A stretch of 64,000 nt of DNA, taken from assembly GCA_018266555.1 (NCBI GenBank), contig JAFEAF010000014.1, forward strand, positions 98,181-162,180, given 5' to 3'. How positions within the stretch are numbered: the first letter of the stretch is position 1; each line of letters opens with the position of its first letter. The notes beneath the pieces are model-generated. The model saw only the letters and a program-made list of their open reading frames with translations. It made no database searches and was not told the DNA's origin. This DNA is from Bacteroidota bacterium (GTDB lineage Bacteria > Bacteroidota > Bacteroidia > Chitinophagales > Chitinophagaceae). Shown here piece after piece: positions 20,711 through 31,171 of this stretch. Position numbers and translations under genes: made by a program.

Positions 20711-23677
20711 ATGCAACGGATCGTCGCCATTCTTGCATACTTTTTTATTTGTGTAGATTGCATCGCACAGCAATATCCCTTTGTTCATTACACTCCTAAA
20801 GATGGTTTGGTAAACAGCCGGGTAAAAAAAGCTTACCAGGACAGCAAGGGCCGAATGTATTTTCTTACTTTCGGAGGATTAAGTGTATTTGATGGAGTGA
20901 GGTTTAGAAACTATACTACACAAAATGGACTTGCAAGCAACATAGTAAATGATATATTGGAAGTCGGGGACGATTCGTTATTGGTAGCTTGTAATGCACC
21001 AACTCTTATTGCTTTGGTGAAAGGAAAATTAGAGACAGTAAAGACAAAAGGTATTCCCTCTCCTCTTATCAATCAATTTTATAAGCATGATGATGATCGC
21101 ATTTATCTTTCATCGGATGATGGATTATTTCTATTGGAAAAAAACACAATCCGTGCTTTAAATATTTCCCGGATTACAAAAGAACAACCCGATCTTCCTT
21201 TCCTCGGAAATATTACCGGCATCGGCAATTTTTTGATTATTACGACAAACGATATGAAATTTAATAAGGGAATTTTTGTTTATGATATAAAAGCCAATCG
21301 CATTTGTGATGCATTACCGATGAGTGGTTATTTGGTTGGAAAAGATAAAAAGGACCGGATCTGGTTTACCACAAACGAAAAACTACTTATCGTAGACCAA
21401 AATGCTCTGCAAAAGGGAAAGCTTTTGATCACGGATCCCAAGGAGGGATTTCAGCAGGTAAAAGATTACTCTACCGTTAATCTCACATTTGATATTGACG
21501 CTATTTGGGTTGTATTCAGAAATAAGGAATTTAGAAACTCCGAGATCCGGCGTATCAATGAAGATGGAACGGTATTCAGTATGCCATTGCCGGAACAAGC
21601 TACCATTTCTTATATCAAAAATATTTTTATTGATCGTGAAAACACGGTTTGGCTGAGTAATGATGGCGAAGGTGTTTTTAAGATCATTAATTCTCCATTG
21701 CAGATCTCTGAAAAGCCTCTTGGTAAAACGATAGAAAGTTCGATTGGAAATGTTTTTTATTCTTCGGGAATTACATGGTATGGAACCACTACAAAAAAAT
21801 TGTTCCGCAGATCTGCGGATAAATTGGAGGAATTCAATTGTAATCTTCCTTTTGCTCCAGTAGTATTTTATGAATGGGGAAATGAGATTCTTGCGAATGA
21901 TGGGAAAAATATATATGAAGCTCTTTTTCGGCCAGCTAAAAGAATCATCGAATTCAAAAAGACTATTTCATTGCCTGACAGCGATTTTTTTATTAAAAAA
22001 ATTGTTACTGATAAAAATGGGGCCATTATTTCTGGCCAAAAAACCGGTATAAATGTATGGATGAATAATAAATCTGTTTTTCATTTGCCGATAGATAAAA
22101 ATGAATTGGCGGAAGAACTTTTTTTTGATAAGAATGATCGGCTTTGGATAGTGAAACGTTCCGGGGAAACAACTGTGTTCGAACTTCATCCTGAAAATCC
22201 TTCACAATATCTGCAACCTGTTTTTCGGTTTGAGAAAGAACAGATCATTGGCTCGCCACGAAGTTTTGTTATTGATAAAAAGGAGATCATATGGATCGGA
22301 ACAAGAAATGACGGGATCAGTGGGTATGAACAAAAAGGTAATCACTTGAAACAATTGTATCATTTTTATTCAGGCAATGGACTCACAGATAATTTCGTTA
22401 CCGCTTTGGCCTGTGATTCGTTGAATAATATTATAGTCGGCACTCAAACTGGCCTTGACCGTATCGTATTTGATTCAACAATCACATGGCGTATAGAAAA
22501 CCTTAGCAAGAGCAGTAATTTTTTTGGCTATATTAATCAAACATGGGCTGATTCAAAACAAGCCTATGCACTTACTCCCTCAGGAGTTCTTTTGCAGGTT
22601 TCACCAATTGTTGAAACAAAAAGAAGTACCAGTCCTGAATTATTATTAGAAGAGATGAGGGTGAATGCACAAATCATGACAGGGAGAACAAATTTTAACC
22701 ATAAAGAAAATAATATTAGTTTTTTGGTGGCAGCTCCAAGTTTTATTGACGAAAAACAAGTGACTTATACCTATTTACTGGAAGGCTCCGGAAACAATCA
22801 ATGGAGTGATACGGCTTCAACTAACGCAGTCATTAATCTTACCAATCTATCAGCAGGTGATTATACACTAAATGTGAAGGCTTTTTTTCCTTCTTCAACT
22901 TATCAGCCTGCAGCACTTTCCTATTCATTCCAGGTAATGCCACCCTGGTGGCAAACATGGTGGTTCCGAAGTATTGCCGGATTAATAGTTTTGGGAATAT
23001 CAGTTCTTGGATTGCGATTCTATTATAAACGGCGATTAGAAAAACAAATGGCCACATTGGAAAAACAAAAAGCCATTGAACAGGAACGAACACGAATCGC
23101 AACCGACATGCATGATGACTTAGGCGCCGGGTTATCCAGAATAAAATTTTTGACTCAATCGATACTTAATAAAAAAGGGAACGATGAAGTGGCCACTGCA
23201 GAATTGGAGAAGATAACTTTGTTCTCTGATGAGATGTCTGAAAAAATGGGCGAGATCATTTGGGCTCTCAACGAAAAAAATGATATACTGGCGGACCTTG
23301 TTGCCTATACAAGGTCTTACACTATGGAATATCTCGCCCAGCACAATATAGAATGTGAGGCCGATACACCTTTGCATTTACCCGATAATTTTATTACGGG
23401 AGAAATGCGCCGTAATATTTTTTTATCTGTAAAAGAATGTTTACACAATATTGTAAAACATGCTCAGGCATCGAAAGTATTTTTCTCCATACAATTGAAT
23501 GGAAGGATGCAGATCATTATTCATGACAATGGAAAAGGCATAGACTGGAATAACCAACGGGCATTTAGTAATGGAATTGAAAATCTCAAAAAAAGGATGA
23601 AAGAAATAAACGGTTCTGTAAGTTTCTCAAATGACGAAGGAACCAAAGTTTTGTTGACGATGCCATTAAATTTATAA
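20711..23677 (+). CDS. sensor histidine kinase (copy 1) with an extracytoplasmic beta-propeller-repeat/Y_Y_Y-type sensor domain; HisKA_3-type
   Basis: 988 aa. Signal/TM at the N-terminus, a ~700-aa repeat-rich sensor, PPWWQTWWFR plus a single TM, the H-box ERTRIATDMHDDLGAGLSRI, and an ATPase domain (HNIVKHAQA, HDNGKGI). It is a paralogue of 31172-34147. Confidence 0.9.
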   Translation: MQRIVAILAYFFICVDCIAQQYPFVHYTPKDGLVNSRVKKAYQDSKGRMYFLTFGGLSVFDGVRFRNYTTQNGLASNIVNDILEVGDDSLLVACNAPTLIALVKGKLETVKTKGIPSPLINQFYKHDDDRIYLSSDDGLFLLEKNTIRALNISRITKEQPDLPFLGNITGIGNFLIITTNDMKFNKGIFVYDIKANRICDALPMSGYLVGKDKKDRIWFTTNEKLLIVDQNALQKGKLLITDPKEGFQQVKDYSTVNLTFDIDAIWVVFRNKEFRNSEIRRINEDGTVFSMPLPEQATISYIKNIFIDRENTVWLSNDGEGVFKIINSPLQISEKPLGKTIESSIGNVFYSSGITWYGTTTKKLFRRSADKLEEFNCNLPFAPVVFYEWGNEILANDGKNIYEALFRPAKRIIEFKKTISLPDSDFFIKKIVTDKNGAIISGQKTGINVWMNNKSVFHLPIDKNELAEELFFDKNDRLWIVKRSGETTVFELHPENPSQYLQPVFRFEKEQIIGSPRSFVIDKKEIIWIGTRNDGISGYEQKGNHLKQLYHFYSGNGLTDNFVTALACDSLNNIIVGTQTGLDRIVFDSTITWRIENLSKSSNFFGYINQTWADSKQAYALTPSGVLLQVSPIVETKRSTSPELLLEEMRVNAQIMTGRTNFNHKENNISFLVAAPSFIDEKQVTYTYLLEGSGNNQWSDTASTNAVINLTNLSAGDYTLNVKAFFPSSTYQPAALSYSFQVMPPWWQTWWFRSIAGLIVLGISVLGLRFYYKRRLEKQMATLEKQKAIEQERTRIATDMHDDLGAGLSRIKFLTQSILNKKGNDEVATAELEKITLFSDEMSEKMGEIIWALNEKNDILADLVAYTRSYTMEYLAQHNIECEADTPLHLPDNFITGEMRRNIFLSVKECLHNIVKHAQASKVFFSIQLNGRMQIIIHDNGKGIDWNNQRAFSNGIENLKKRMKEINGSVSFSNDEGTKVLLTMPLNL

Positions 23678-23719
23678 CGTTCGTCATATTGGTAAATGTA
23701 ATTACCGCCATTAATTTTA
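23675..23719 (+). promoter_or_regulatory. island motif (diverged copy TAACGTTCGTCATATTG) + N20 + TAATTTTA box, upstream of regulator 1
   Basis: The 17-mer occupies 23675-23691; its first 3 nt are the TAA stop of the kinase. Exactly 20 nt later TAATTTTA occupies 23712-23719. The ATG is at 23727. Confidence 0.45.
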
Positions 23720-23726
23720 GACGCAC

Positions 23727-24353
23727 ATGCCGATTAAAGTTTCAATAGTCGAAGATCTTACTGAAGTAAGGGATGGCCTTGCTGAATTAGTTTCATCAGA
23801 TAAAGAACTCTCAATGGTCGGTAGTTTTGAAGATGCCGAGTCTGCGGTTCTAAAATTACCAGTGCTTCATCCTGATATTGTGATAATGGATATCAACCTT
23901 CCCGGTATGAGTGGTATTGATTGCATTCGAAGTGTAAAAGAAAAATGCCCCAATACTCAATTCATGATGTTCACTGTCTATGAGAACGATGAAAAAGTTC
24001 TGCAGGCATTACAAGCAGGAGCATCTGGCTATTTATTGAAAAGGACTGAACCACAAAGAATAGTCGAAAGTATAAAAGAGCTCAACCAGGGAGGCTCGCC
24101 AATGAGCAGCAATATTGCCCGCAAGATTTTAAATATTTTTCTCCAGGAAAAGAAAATAACAAAAAAAGAAATTTTGTCTGATCGTGAGAATGAAGTCTTG
24201 GAGCTATTGGCTGGTGGATTATTGTATAAAGAAATTGCAGAAAAACTTTTCATTACTCATGGTACGGTGCGTCAGCACATCCACAACATTTACGAAAAAC
24301 TGCATGTTAATAATCGGACCGAGGCCGTAAACAAATATTTCGATCGAAAATGA
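23727..24353 (+). CDS. NarL/FixJ (LuxR-type HTH) response regulator, copy 1
   Basis: Receiver domain (IVEDL...PDIVIMDINLPGMSGI...K) followed by a LuxR HTH (LSDRENEVLELLAGGLLYKEIAEKLFITHGTVRQHIHNIYEKL). Confidence 0.92.
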   Translation: MPIKVSIVEDLTEVRDGLAELVSSDKELSMVGSFEDAESAVLKLPVLHPDIVIMDINLPGMSGIDCIRSVKEKCPNTQFMMFTVYENDEKVLQALQAGASGYLLKRTEPQRIVESIKELNQGGSPMSSNIARKILNIFLQEKKITKKEILSDRENEVLELLAGGLLYKEIAEKLFITHGTVRQHIHNIYEKLHVNNRTEAVNKYFDRK

Positions 24354-24363
24354 CCTCCCCTCA

Positions 24364-24381
24364 CTATAACATTCGTTATAG
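24364..24381. promoter_or_regulatory. perfect 7-bp inverted repeat CTATAAC-ATTC-GTTATAG (candidate operator or weak hairpin)
   Basis: Read directly from the sequence. It shares the TAAC-N4-GTT core with the 17-bp island motif and lies about two helical turns upstream of the motif copy at 24389. Confidence 0.4.
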
Positions 24382-24388
24382 ACAATCC

Positions 24389-24433
24389 TGACTTTTTTTC
24401 TATTGTTTTCAATTCATCAGTCTTCTACCTTCA
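24389..24433 (+). promoter_or_regulatory. island motif (TGACTTTTTTTCTATTG, 15/17) + N20 + TACCTTCA, upstream of the OmpA-like gene
   Basis: 17-mer at 24389-24405; a weaker -7-like box at 24426-24433; ATG at 24476. Confidence 0.4.
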
Positions 24434-24475
24434 ATTTGACTTATCCTCACTCGAACTTTTAAATTAAGAATAGTT

Positions 24476-25708
24476 ATGAAAAGAATTTTTATCCTGGCAA
24501 CATTCCTTGTTGTTGCTACTCTTACGAACGGACAAATATTGAAAAAAATTGCTGATAAAGTAAAAAATAAAATCGGAACAACGCCAACAGAAAAAAAAGA
24601 CAATACTCAGAATAAAAAACCAGAAACAAATACTACAAATAATACGCAGACAGACGCCGACACGGTAAAAGAAAATAAATTCGCTTCATCTGCTATACTA
24701 AAAATTTATAGTAAATATGATTTTGTGCCGGGAGAAAAAATTGTTGTCTTTGAAGATTTCATGCAGGACGCTGTCGGTGATCTTCCCGCTAAATGGAATA
24801 CAAATTCAGCCGGGGAAACAGTAACAATCGAAGGAAAACAAGGACATTGGTTCCAATTGACCAAACCGGGCTGGTTCATGCCTGATTTTATAGATTCTCT
24901 TCCCCAGGATTTTACTCTTGAATATGATATGTTCGCAGACGCACCGGTGCACTCCTGGGGAATCACAACTTCCCTGGCTGAATTAAAAAACAAGGAGAAG
25001 CCTACCGACGAACAAGAGCATATCAATTCTTTCACATTAAACATAATCCCGGGAGTTGACGCAAATGGTGTCACTGAATATACTAGAAAAAAAAATAGCG
25101 TTGGTGAACAAGGAACCAATGCAAAGACCAGTCATTTCAGTGATATCACAAAGACTTACCATATAGCTATCTGGCGTCAGAAAGAAAGATTGCGTATCTA
25201 TTTTGATGAAGACAAAGCATGGGATGTTCCCAAAGCATTTTTGCCGGAAGCAAAACTGAATGCAGTTTACTTCTTCATGCAATTAACGGACAACTGGCAT
25301 TTTTTTATCAGTAATATCCGTCTCGCCGTTGGTGCACCGGATACACGCAATAAAATACTTACACAAAACAAATGGGTGACACACGGAATTCTTTTCGATG
25401 TGAACAGCGACAAGATCAAACCAGAGTCATACGGAACATTAAAGGAAATGGCAAATGTTCTGAAAGAATACACAGATCTCAAAGTAAAAATTATTGGACA
25501 TACTGATGCAGATGGAAGTGATGCTGCAAATCTTGATCTGTCAAAACGAAGGGCTGCCGCCGTAAAAGAATCTTTGATAAAAGAATTTAGTATTGATGCA
25601 AGCCGGATGGAAACTGATGGTAAAGGTGAAAGTGAACCGATTGATAAAAATGATACTCCTGCGGGGAAGGCGAATAATAGAAGAGTTGAGTTTATTAAAT
25701 CAAATTAA
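24476..25708 (+). CDS. OmpA-family (peptidoglycan-associating) envelope protein with an unknown beta-rich N-terminal domain
   Basis: Signal peptide MKRIFILATFLVVATLTNGQ. C-terminal OmpA domain: IGHTDADGSDAANLDLSKRRAAAV...NRRVEF. Confidence 0.85.
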   Translation: MKRIFILATFLVVATLTNGQILKKIADKVKNKIGTTPTEKKDNTQNKKPETNTTNNTQTDADTVKENKFASSAILKIYSKYDFVPGEKIVVFEDFMQDAVGDLPAKWNTNSAGETVTIEGKQGHWFQLTKPGWFMPDFIDSLPQDFTLEYDMFADAPVHSWGITTSLAELKNKEKPTDEQEHINSFTLNIIPGVDANGVTEYTRKKNSVGEQGTNAKTSHFSDITKTYHIAIWRQKERLRIYFDEDKAWDVPKAFLPEAKLNAVYFFMQLTDNWHFFISNIRLAVGAPDTRNKILTQNKWVTHGILFDVNSDKIKPESYGTLKEMANVLKEYTDLKVKIIGHTDADGSDAANLDLSKRRAAAVKESLIKEFSIDASRMETDGKGESEPIDKNDTPAGKANNRRVEFIKSN

Positions 25709-25721
25709 AAAAACTGTGGCA

Positions 25722-27875
25722 ATGCGAATACTGATATTCTTTTTCCTGTTTTCTTTTATTATTCAGCCTGCATTTACTCAAGTCCCTACTAAGCAGGAAA
25801 TGCAGAACCAGATGGCTCAGGTAGTTAAAGAATTGAATGAACAGATTGCTGACCTTGAAAAGCAAATTGCAGAAGCAAAGAAAAACAAGGAAGATGATTC
25901 GGTAATAAAAGAATTGCAAGACCAGATGGCCCTATTGAAAAAACAAGTGGAAATGATGGGTGGTCTGAAAAAAAACTTATCGGGCATCTCCGAGAAAACA
26001 ATAAAAAATATTGAAGCAGATGATAACAATACTGAATTACCCAAAAGGGATGTGGCAAGAATAAAACAATTACCCGATAAAATTCTTTCGGATGCAGAAT
26101 TGGTTCCCTATGTACAAAAAATACATGCACAGGTAGAAAACATCCTGACTCAAAAAGATAAAGCAGAAGCTCAAAAAATCTATGCTGCATTAAAAGCAGA
26201 AAAGAAATCATCCAACGAAATAAACAATACTGTAAGCAGTCTCTGGCTGAGCGGCTATACTGAAATAGCCTTGTATATAATGGGAAAAGAATGTGTTGCT
26301 AATATGAAAGATGTAAATATTCTTAACAACTATGCAGCTTTTCTTGCAATGAAAGGTGGCGAACATGCAGCGCTACCCATTCTTCAAAATCTGCACAAGA
26401 AGTATCCTGCTAACAGTACCATATTGAATAACATCAGCCAGTCCTGGTATGGACTGGGTGATATGAACAATGCAAACAGGTATCTCGATAGTACCGTAAA
26501 AATTTATAAGAATCATTCGCAAGCAAACCAAACCAAGAGTAAAATTGAAAAATCTGAAGGCAAGACACAGGAATCAATTGAATCTCTCAAAAGATCAATA
26601 AAAGAAAATTATACCCCTGAAAAAGAAGCGAGGCTGACTGAATTGGGAGGGAAACTGGAATATGATGATATAGTTTTTCGTTACCCGGCCAAAGCAGAAC
26701 CTTTAGGAATAGAAAAATTCATGTTCATAATACCTTCTTATCCATTTGTAGCAGGGGTCGAATCCAAGAAAGCCAGAATGGAATGGGATGATTTTAAAGA
26801 AAAGGTGTGGGCTGCTGTTAAAAAAATTGAAGATGATAGAAGAGTAATCGAAAAAAAAGTTGAAAATTATTCAAACCGTTTATTAACTAATCCGCTATTA
26901 TTAAAACCATACAATAATACGGTGTACTTAACATCTGCCCGCAAACTGAAACTACTCTATGATTGGTACACTGACAGGTTTCTGGCACTTGAAAAAAAAA
27001 GACAAGCAGCATCTGATTCAGTAAAAAAATGGAAGGATGAATTAAATAAAGTCATCCTTGCTCTTGGAGATGATCCGCAAAACCCAAATGCAAATTGTGG
27101 CAAAATTCAATCTTTATCAACGAGTTTTTTAACGAAAGCCAATACACTTTGGCAACAACGAAATGCAGAATTATTGTCTTTAAACAAACAAAAACTGAAT
27201 GCAGAAGCCACCTATAGCCTGTATGGCACTCATGATCAGTCATTATATGAGTTACAGATCGTAAATATCAAATTGTCATTTTTACTGTTCCTTGGAAATT
27301 TGGCCTGTGAATTTTCATCAGGTTGTACCACTACAACAGCTCAAAAACCTCCAGGAAAATTCTTGCCGGATTTTGATTCCCTGAACTGCCAATACAAAGA
27401 GGAATATAATATTCCACCATTTACCAATATTAAAATTGAATGTAATAAAATGACGACTGTGTTTGATATTGACACCGAACTTGGATTAAAGGTAAAATTG
27501 GGATGGGAAGAAAATCTTAATTCCGGAAAAATCACAAAAGGAACAATTGAAATGACTGCAGAAGCAGGAACAGACGTTGCTAAGTTTGGCCCGGTTGGAG
27601 CCGAATTAAAAGGAAGCGGGTCGGTAGGTGTTGAAATTACAAGTGAAGGTGTTCAGGAAGTTTACATCAAAGGAGCTTCTACCATTGATGTTTCCGGAAA
27701 TATTAATGGTGGCGAAATTACTCCCGGAGTACAATCAGATCCGAAAGGGATATCAGCTATGTCTGCTGAAGTAAAGATTAGCTGGAATGTTGGCGCTGGT
27801 CCTGCACAAGGCACCATGAACAGCAGCCTTAGTGGTGGTGGTATGCTGAATGCCGTTAATCTGAGTTTAAGATAA
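25722..27875 (+). CDS. secreted coiled-coil/TPR-like protein with a Gly-rich beta C-terminal module (copy 1), function unknown
   Basis: I place the start at the ATG at 25722 (MRILIFFFLFSFIIQPAFTQ, a signal peptide), just after the OmpA-like stop. The track's extension from 25593 overlaps the previous gene. It is a paralogue of 34894-36969. Confidence 0.7.
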   Translation: MRILIFFFLFSFIIQPAFTQVPTKQEMQNQMAQVVKELNEQIADLEKQIAEAKKNKEDDSVIKELQDQMALLKKQVEMMGGLKKNLSGISEKTIKNIEADDNNTELPKRDVARIKQLPDKILSDAELVPYVQKIHAQVENILTQKDKAEAQKIYAALKAEKKSSNEINNTVSSLWLSGYTEIALYIMGKECVANMKDVNILNNYAAFLAMKGGEHAALPILQNLHKKYPANSTILNNISQSWYGLGDMNNANRYLDSTVKIYKNHSQANQTKSKIEKSEGKTQESIESLKRSIKENYTPEKEARLTELGGKLEYDDIVFRYPAKAEPLGIEKFMFIIPSYPFVAGVESKKARMEWDDFKEKVWAAVKKIEDDRRVIEKKVENYSNRLLTNPLLLKPYNNTVYLTSARKLKLLYDWYTDRFLALEKKRQAASDSVKKWKDELNKVILALGDDPQNPNANCGKIQSLSTSFLTKANTLWQQRNAELLSLNKQKLNAEATYSLYGTHDQSLYELQIVNIKLSFLLFLGNLACEFSSGCTTTTAQKPPGKFLPDFDSLNCQYKEEYNIPPFTNIKIECNKMTTVFDIDTELGLKVKLGWEENLNSGKITKGTIEMTAEAGTDVAKFGPVGAELKGSGSVGVEITSEGVQEVYIKGASTIDVSGNINGGEITPGVQSDPKGISAMSAEVKISWNVGAGPAQGTMNSSLSGGGMLNAVNLSLR

Positions 27876-27963
27876 GCAGGTTAGAATTTTTCAATCTGCC
27901 TTTGCTGATAAATTGATAGTGACCTAAACCTTATAGTTTATTAATTGTAATCAGAAATTATAT

Positions 27964-29082
27964 ATGAAATTCTTTATTGCCATAATTTCCTTTCTTCTTC
28001 TGTATTCTTATTCATCGGGGCAGCGGTTTATAAAAACAACAGAGCCATGCACCGATGAAATATTAAAAAATGTTAAGGGAGAATGGATACACTGGGGTGA
28101 TCCGTGGTATGCAAAAGTTTCTAAACAGCAGGAGCAGGAAATTCGCAGCCGGGTAGCAACCATTCATCAATTTATTTATAACCTTCTTCCCTCATCCATT
28201 CCGGGAATTGATGCAGCATGGGGAATACATTCATCGGATTATGAGTTTGCACAGCAATCAACAAGAGAGCAGGTAACCGCAGATCAAAGCAGGCAAAAGT
28301 TCTTCAATGGTATTCCTCTTGTTCAGTACACTTATACAATCGGATTTTATGAATATTCCTGCGGTATTAGCGGGAACAATTATCTTATGAGAAAAGGATA
28401 CCCGAGGGAAGACGGGGCTGGATTTAGAGTTGCTGTAAATACGCTGAATCGTTTTATACGTACTGACCTTCAAGATGTGGAAGGGATGCAAATTGACGGA
28501 AGAAATATTAAGAGTATGCCTGACATAATAGGCAGCTGGAAGGGATATACATTATATCATTGTGAACAACTCGGCACTGCGGTTCTTTTACATCGGGATG
28601 GTATATTGCCGTATATGCCTGTTACCAGGAAACAATATCTTGAGTTAAGTATTAAACACTTCGAAAGATTTTTTGATGAAACTATCAAGACCTATGATGA
28701 GTTAGGTGATTTAATAGACAAAAAAACAAAAGATGAGAATATTAAAAGAGATCAAAAACAAAGGGATGAATTTTTAAATTATTATCGGAAGGAAATTGAA
28801 TCCACTACAAAAGCAGGACTGCTCGACTCACCTGCAATAACTCCTGCAGTCTTGCCAAGCTTTCCCGGTTTTCCCATTTTTATAACTCTTGAAGCAGGTG
28901 GTCATTTAATGGTAACAGAAAACTCAAAATACTTTCGCAAAGACCTCCCGAAATATATACCGCAATTATTTATTCTGTCTATAGAAAAAATGAAATGGTG
29001 GTTTATTCCAAAGATAGATCCAATAACAACTATCCTGGAAAGTTTCCCTATTGAAAAATTGCAGGCGATGATCGATAAATAA
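27964..29082 (+). CDS. secreted protein of the in-island '...AMIDK' family, member A, function unknown
   Basis: Signal peptide. Shared family motifs: GSWKGY, DGILPYMPVTRKQYL, LPKYIPQLF, and the C-terminus FPIEKLQAMIDK. Confidence 0.75.
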   Translation: MKFFIAIISFLLLYSYSSGQRFIKTTEPCTDEILKNVKGEWIHWGDPWYAKVSKQQEQEIRSRVATIHQFIYNLLPSSIPGIDAAWGIHSSDYEFAQQSTREQVTADQSRQKFFNGIPLVQYTYTIGFYEYSCGISGNNYLMRKGYPREDGAGFRVAVNTLNRFIRTDLQDVEGMQIDGRNIKSMPDIIGSWKGYTLYHCEQLGTAVLLHRDGILPYMPVTRKQYLELSIKHFERFFDETIKTYDELGDLIDKKTKDENIKRDQKQRDEFLNYYRKEIESTTKAGLLDSPAITPAVLPSFPGFPIFITLEAGGHLMVTENSKYFRKDLPKYIPQLFILSIEKMKWWFIPKIDPITTILESFPIEKLQAMIDK

Positions 29083-29089
29083 AATTTTT

Positions 29090-30217
29090 ATGAAAAAACA
29101 AATCATCCTCCTCATTCTTCTCCTTATCTGTTTATCATCGTACAGCCAAAAAAGGTTCGTCAGAAAAACAACTACACCCCGTACCGATGCCATGATAGAT
29201 ACTATCGTTGGCAAATGGATAGATCCCCCAAACAATTTGGAAAAGGAAATGAATAAGGTACAGGCATTAGAAGTAGCAAAAAGATTGAATGCAATCAATA
29301 AAATATCAATGGATGCTTATCCCGCTCCTACCAGCGCCGCTGTACGATGGGGTGGCAGTCTTGTCAAAACATCGTTTGCAAACCAGGTAAAATATGTAAT
29401 AACCCAGAATGGGAAAACAGAAGAAGAGATCGAAAAATATTATCCTGTATCCAGGCTCCAATACAACCTTATTTTATACCCTTACTTCTGCAGCAACTCA
29501 TCTGCCAATGAGATTTTGAATGTTTTTCCCGATATCAGCGGGGGAAATGGTATAACAATATATGCAAATGAACTTTCCATTCTTACTGGGAATATATTGC
29601 AGGAAGAAGGAATGGCCATAGATGGACAGCCGATCAAATACAAAATGCCAACCATGGGAAAATGGAAAGGATATGATATGATGACACCCGAAGGTGGCGC
29701 CAATGCAACAAGTTTTTCTAAACGATATATATTGATCAGCCGGAATGGAATGTTGCCTTATATTCCGGTTACCCGGAAACAATATTTAGACCGGGCTATC
29801 TTATACGCTGTTAAATTTTATGATAAACTGATAGCAGGCTGCAGCCTGGCAACTGATAAAACTGAAAAAGATAAGTATATAAAAATAAATAAGGATGCAA
29901 AGAACAATGCACTAAAAAAATACCAGGATGAATTGGAAAAAACAACAAATGAAGGGTTATTGGAGGCACCGGCAATTGTGCAATTTTTTTGTAGTCCTCT
30001 ACTGAACAACGAGGAAAAGATTTTTGTTGACGAAAAAGAAGGCTCAATGGTTTTGATAGAAAATGCAGACTATATGCGGGGATGCCTTCCAAACTATGTG
30101 CCCCAGTTTTTCGTGGTAAAATGGAGATGGGAACAATGGAAAGCAACGGCGGATCTTGCAAAATTGATCGAAGAAAGATTTCCTTTTGAAAAGTTGCAGG
30201 CAATGATTGATAAATAA
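29090..30217 (+). CDS. secreted protein of the '...AMIDK' family, member B
   Basis: Signal peptide. GKWKGY, NGMLPYIPVTRKQYL, LPNYVPQFF, and the C-terminus FPFEKLQAMIDK. It starts 7 nt after member A. Confidence 0.75.
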   Translation: MKKQIILLILLLICLSSYSQKRFVRKTTTPRTDAMIDTIVGKWIDPPNNLEKEMNKVQALEVAKRLNAINKISMDAYPAPTSAAVRWGGSLVKTSFANQVKYVITQNGKTEEEIEKYYPVSRLQYNLILYPYFCSNSSANEILNVFPDISGGNGITIYANELSILTGNILQEEGMAIDGQPIKYKMPTMGKWKGYDMMTPEGGANATSFSKRYILISRNGMLPYIPVTRKQYLDRAILYAVKFYDKLIAGCSLATDKTEKDKYIKINKDAKNNALKKYQDELEKTTNEGLLEAPAIVQFFCSPLLNNEEKIFVDEKEGSMVLIENADYMRGCLPNYVPQFFVVKWRWEQWKATADLAKLIEERFPFEKLQAMIDK

Positions 30218-30246
30218 AACTTTACAATCAATTTCTTTTTTAAAAA

Positions 30247-30882
30247 ATGACTATCATGAAATTTTTATTTATCGGTTTCCTTTTTTTTATAAACGTTTCT
30301 TATTTGCCAGCATGGGAAGAACCCATCCTGTCCGAATATGAAGTACGGTTCACCCATACAGGTTATACTTTGCTTCATGGAACACTTGCGGATTGCCAGA
30401 TTCGTTCCAACGGGAAAGTAGTATTGAGTGGAATTCTCAAAGGCGAAGAAAGTGGCGAAGCCGACGATCCTGTGCTTTATCTCGGAAAATTGCATTTAGA
30501 TATTGATATGGATATATGCAGTGCTAAACGGCTTGCTAATGGTGAAGATAAGCTCTGCGGTATGCGAGTGACTGGCAATGGAACTGTAAATGTTGAGTTA
30601 GAATTATCCGACAGTTCCACCAACCAGGCTTCGTACATAAAAATCAACTATGATACAACTTTGGGAAGATTTCAAAAAACGGTGAATGGCGATTGCGATC
30701 ATGCACAGATGGTAGAAGAGGAAAAAATGGTACCGGATAAAACTATTGCCACTATATTCAACGGCCGTGAACTGCCTATGATTACAACTCGGTCTCTGAG
30801 CGGGCTTGTTATAGGACGAAGATATATTGAAAGAGATGGAAACAATGAAACGATTGTTGAATTATTGCGAAAAATACGGTGA
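30247..30882 (+). CDS. small secreted hypothetical protein (211 aa)
   Basis: Hydrophobic N-terminus MKFLFIGFLFFINVSYLPA. Several Cys residues. No motif I recognise. It is the last gene of cassette 1. Confidence 0.6.
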   Translation: MTIMKFLFIGFLFFINVSYLPAWEEPILSEYEVRFTHTGYTLLHGTLADCQIRSNGKVVLSGILKGEESGEADDPVLYLGKLHLDIDMDICSAKRLANGEDKLCGMRVTGNGTVNVELELSDSSTNQASYIKINYDTTLGRFQKTVNGDCDHAQMVEEEKMVPDKTIATIFNGRELPMITTRSLSGLVIGRRYIERDGNNETIVELLRKIR

Positions 30883-31171
30883 TAACTGCAGAGATATACC
30901 AGGAGGTTATTATTTCTGTGCTGTACGGCAAGTTTGCAGCAATCGTTCCCATTGCCGATAAAATATGCAATATGGATTCAAAATACCAGCCAATTGGATC
31001 TTTACAAAAGCGTTCTTCATCCGGAATTTGCTGCAGGAAATTCAGGCGAAATGAAATACAGCAGATTCCATGGTTTACATGCTACTTGCAATAAGTATAT
31101 CAAAAATTGAAAATAAAATCATGCTATCCAGCAATAACATATTTCGTTAAATTTTCTCTCTAACTTTAAGT

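Noticed and set aside
25593-25721. Upstream extension of the TPR-like ORF to 760 aa
   Set aside because: It overlaps the 3' end of the OmpA-like gene in another frame. The signal peptide begins at the ATG at 25722, right after that gene's stop.
30879-31094. 71-aa ORF in the 289-nt spacer between the two cassettes; also an open minus-strand frame there
   Set aside because: It has no signal peptide, motif or paralogue, and it starts on an alternative codon overlapping the previous stop. It could be a decayed gene remnant, but I cannot support that.
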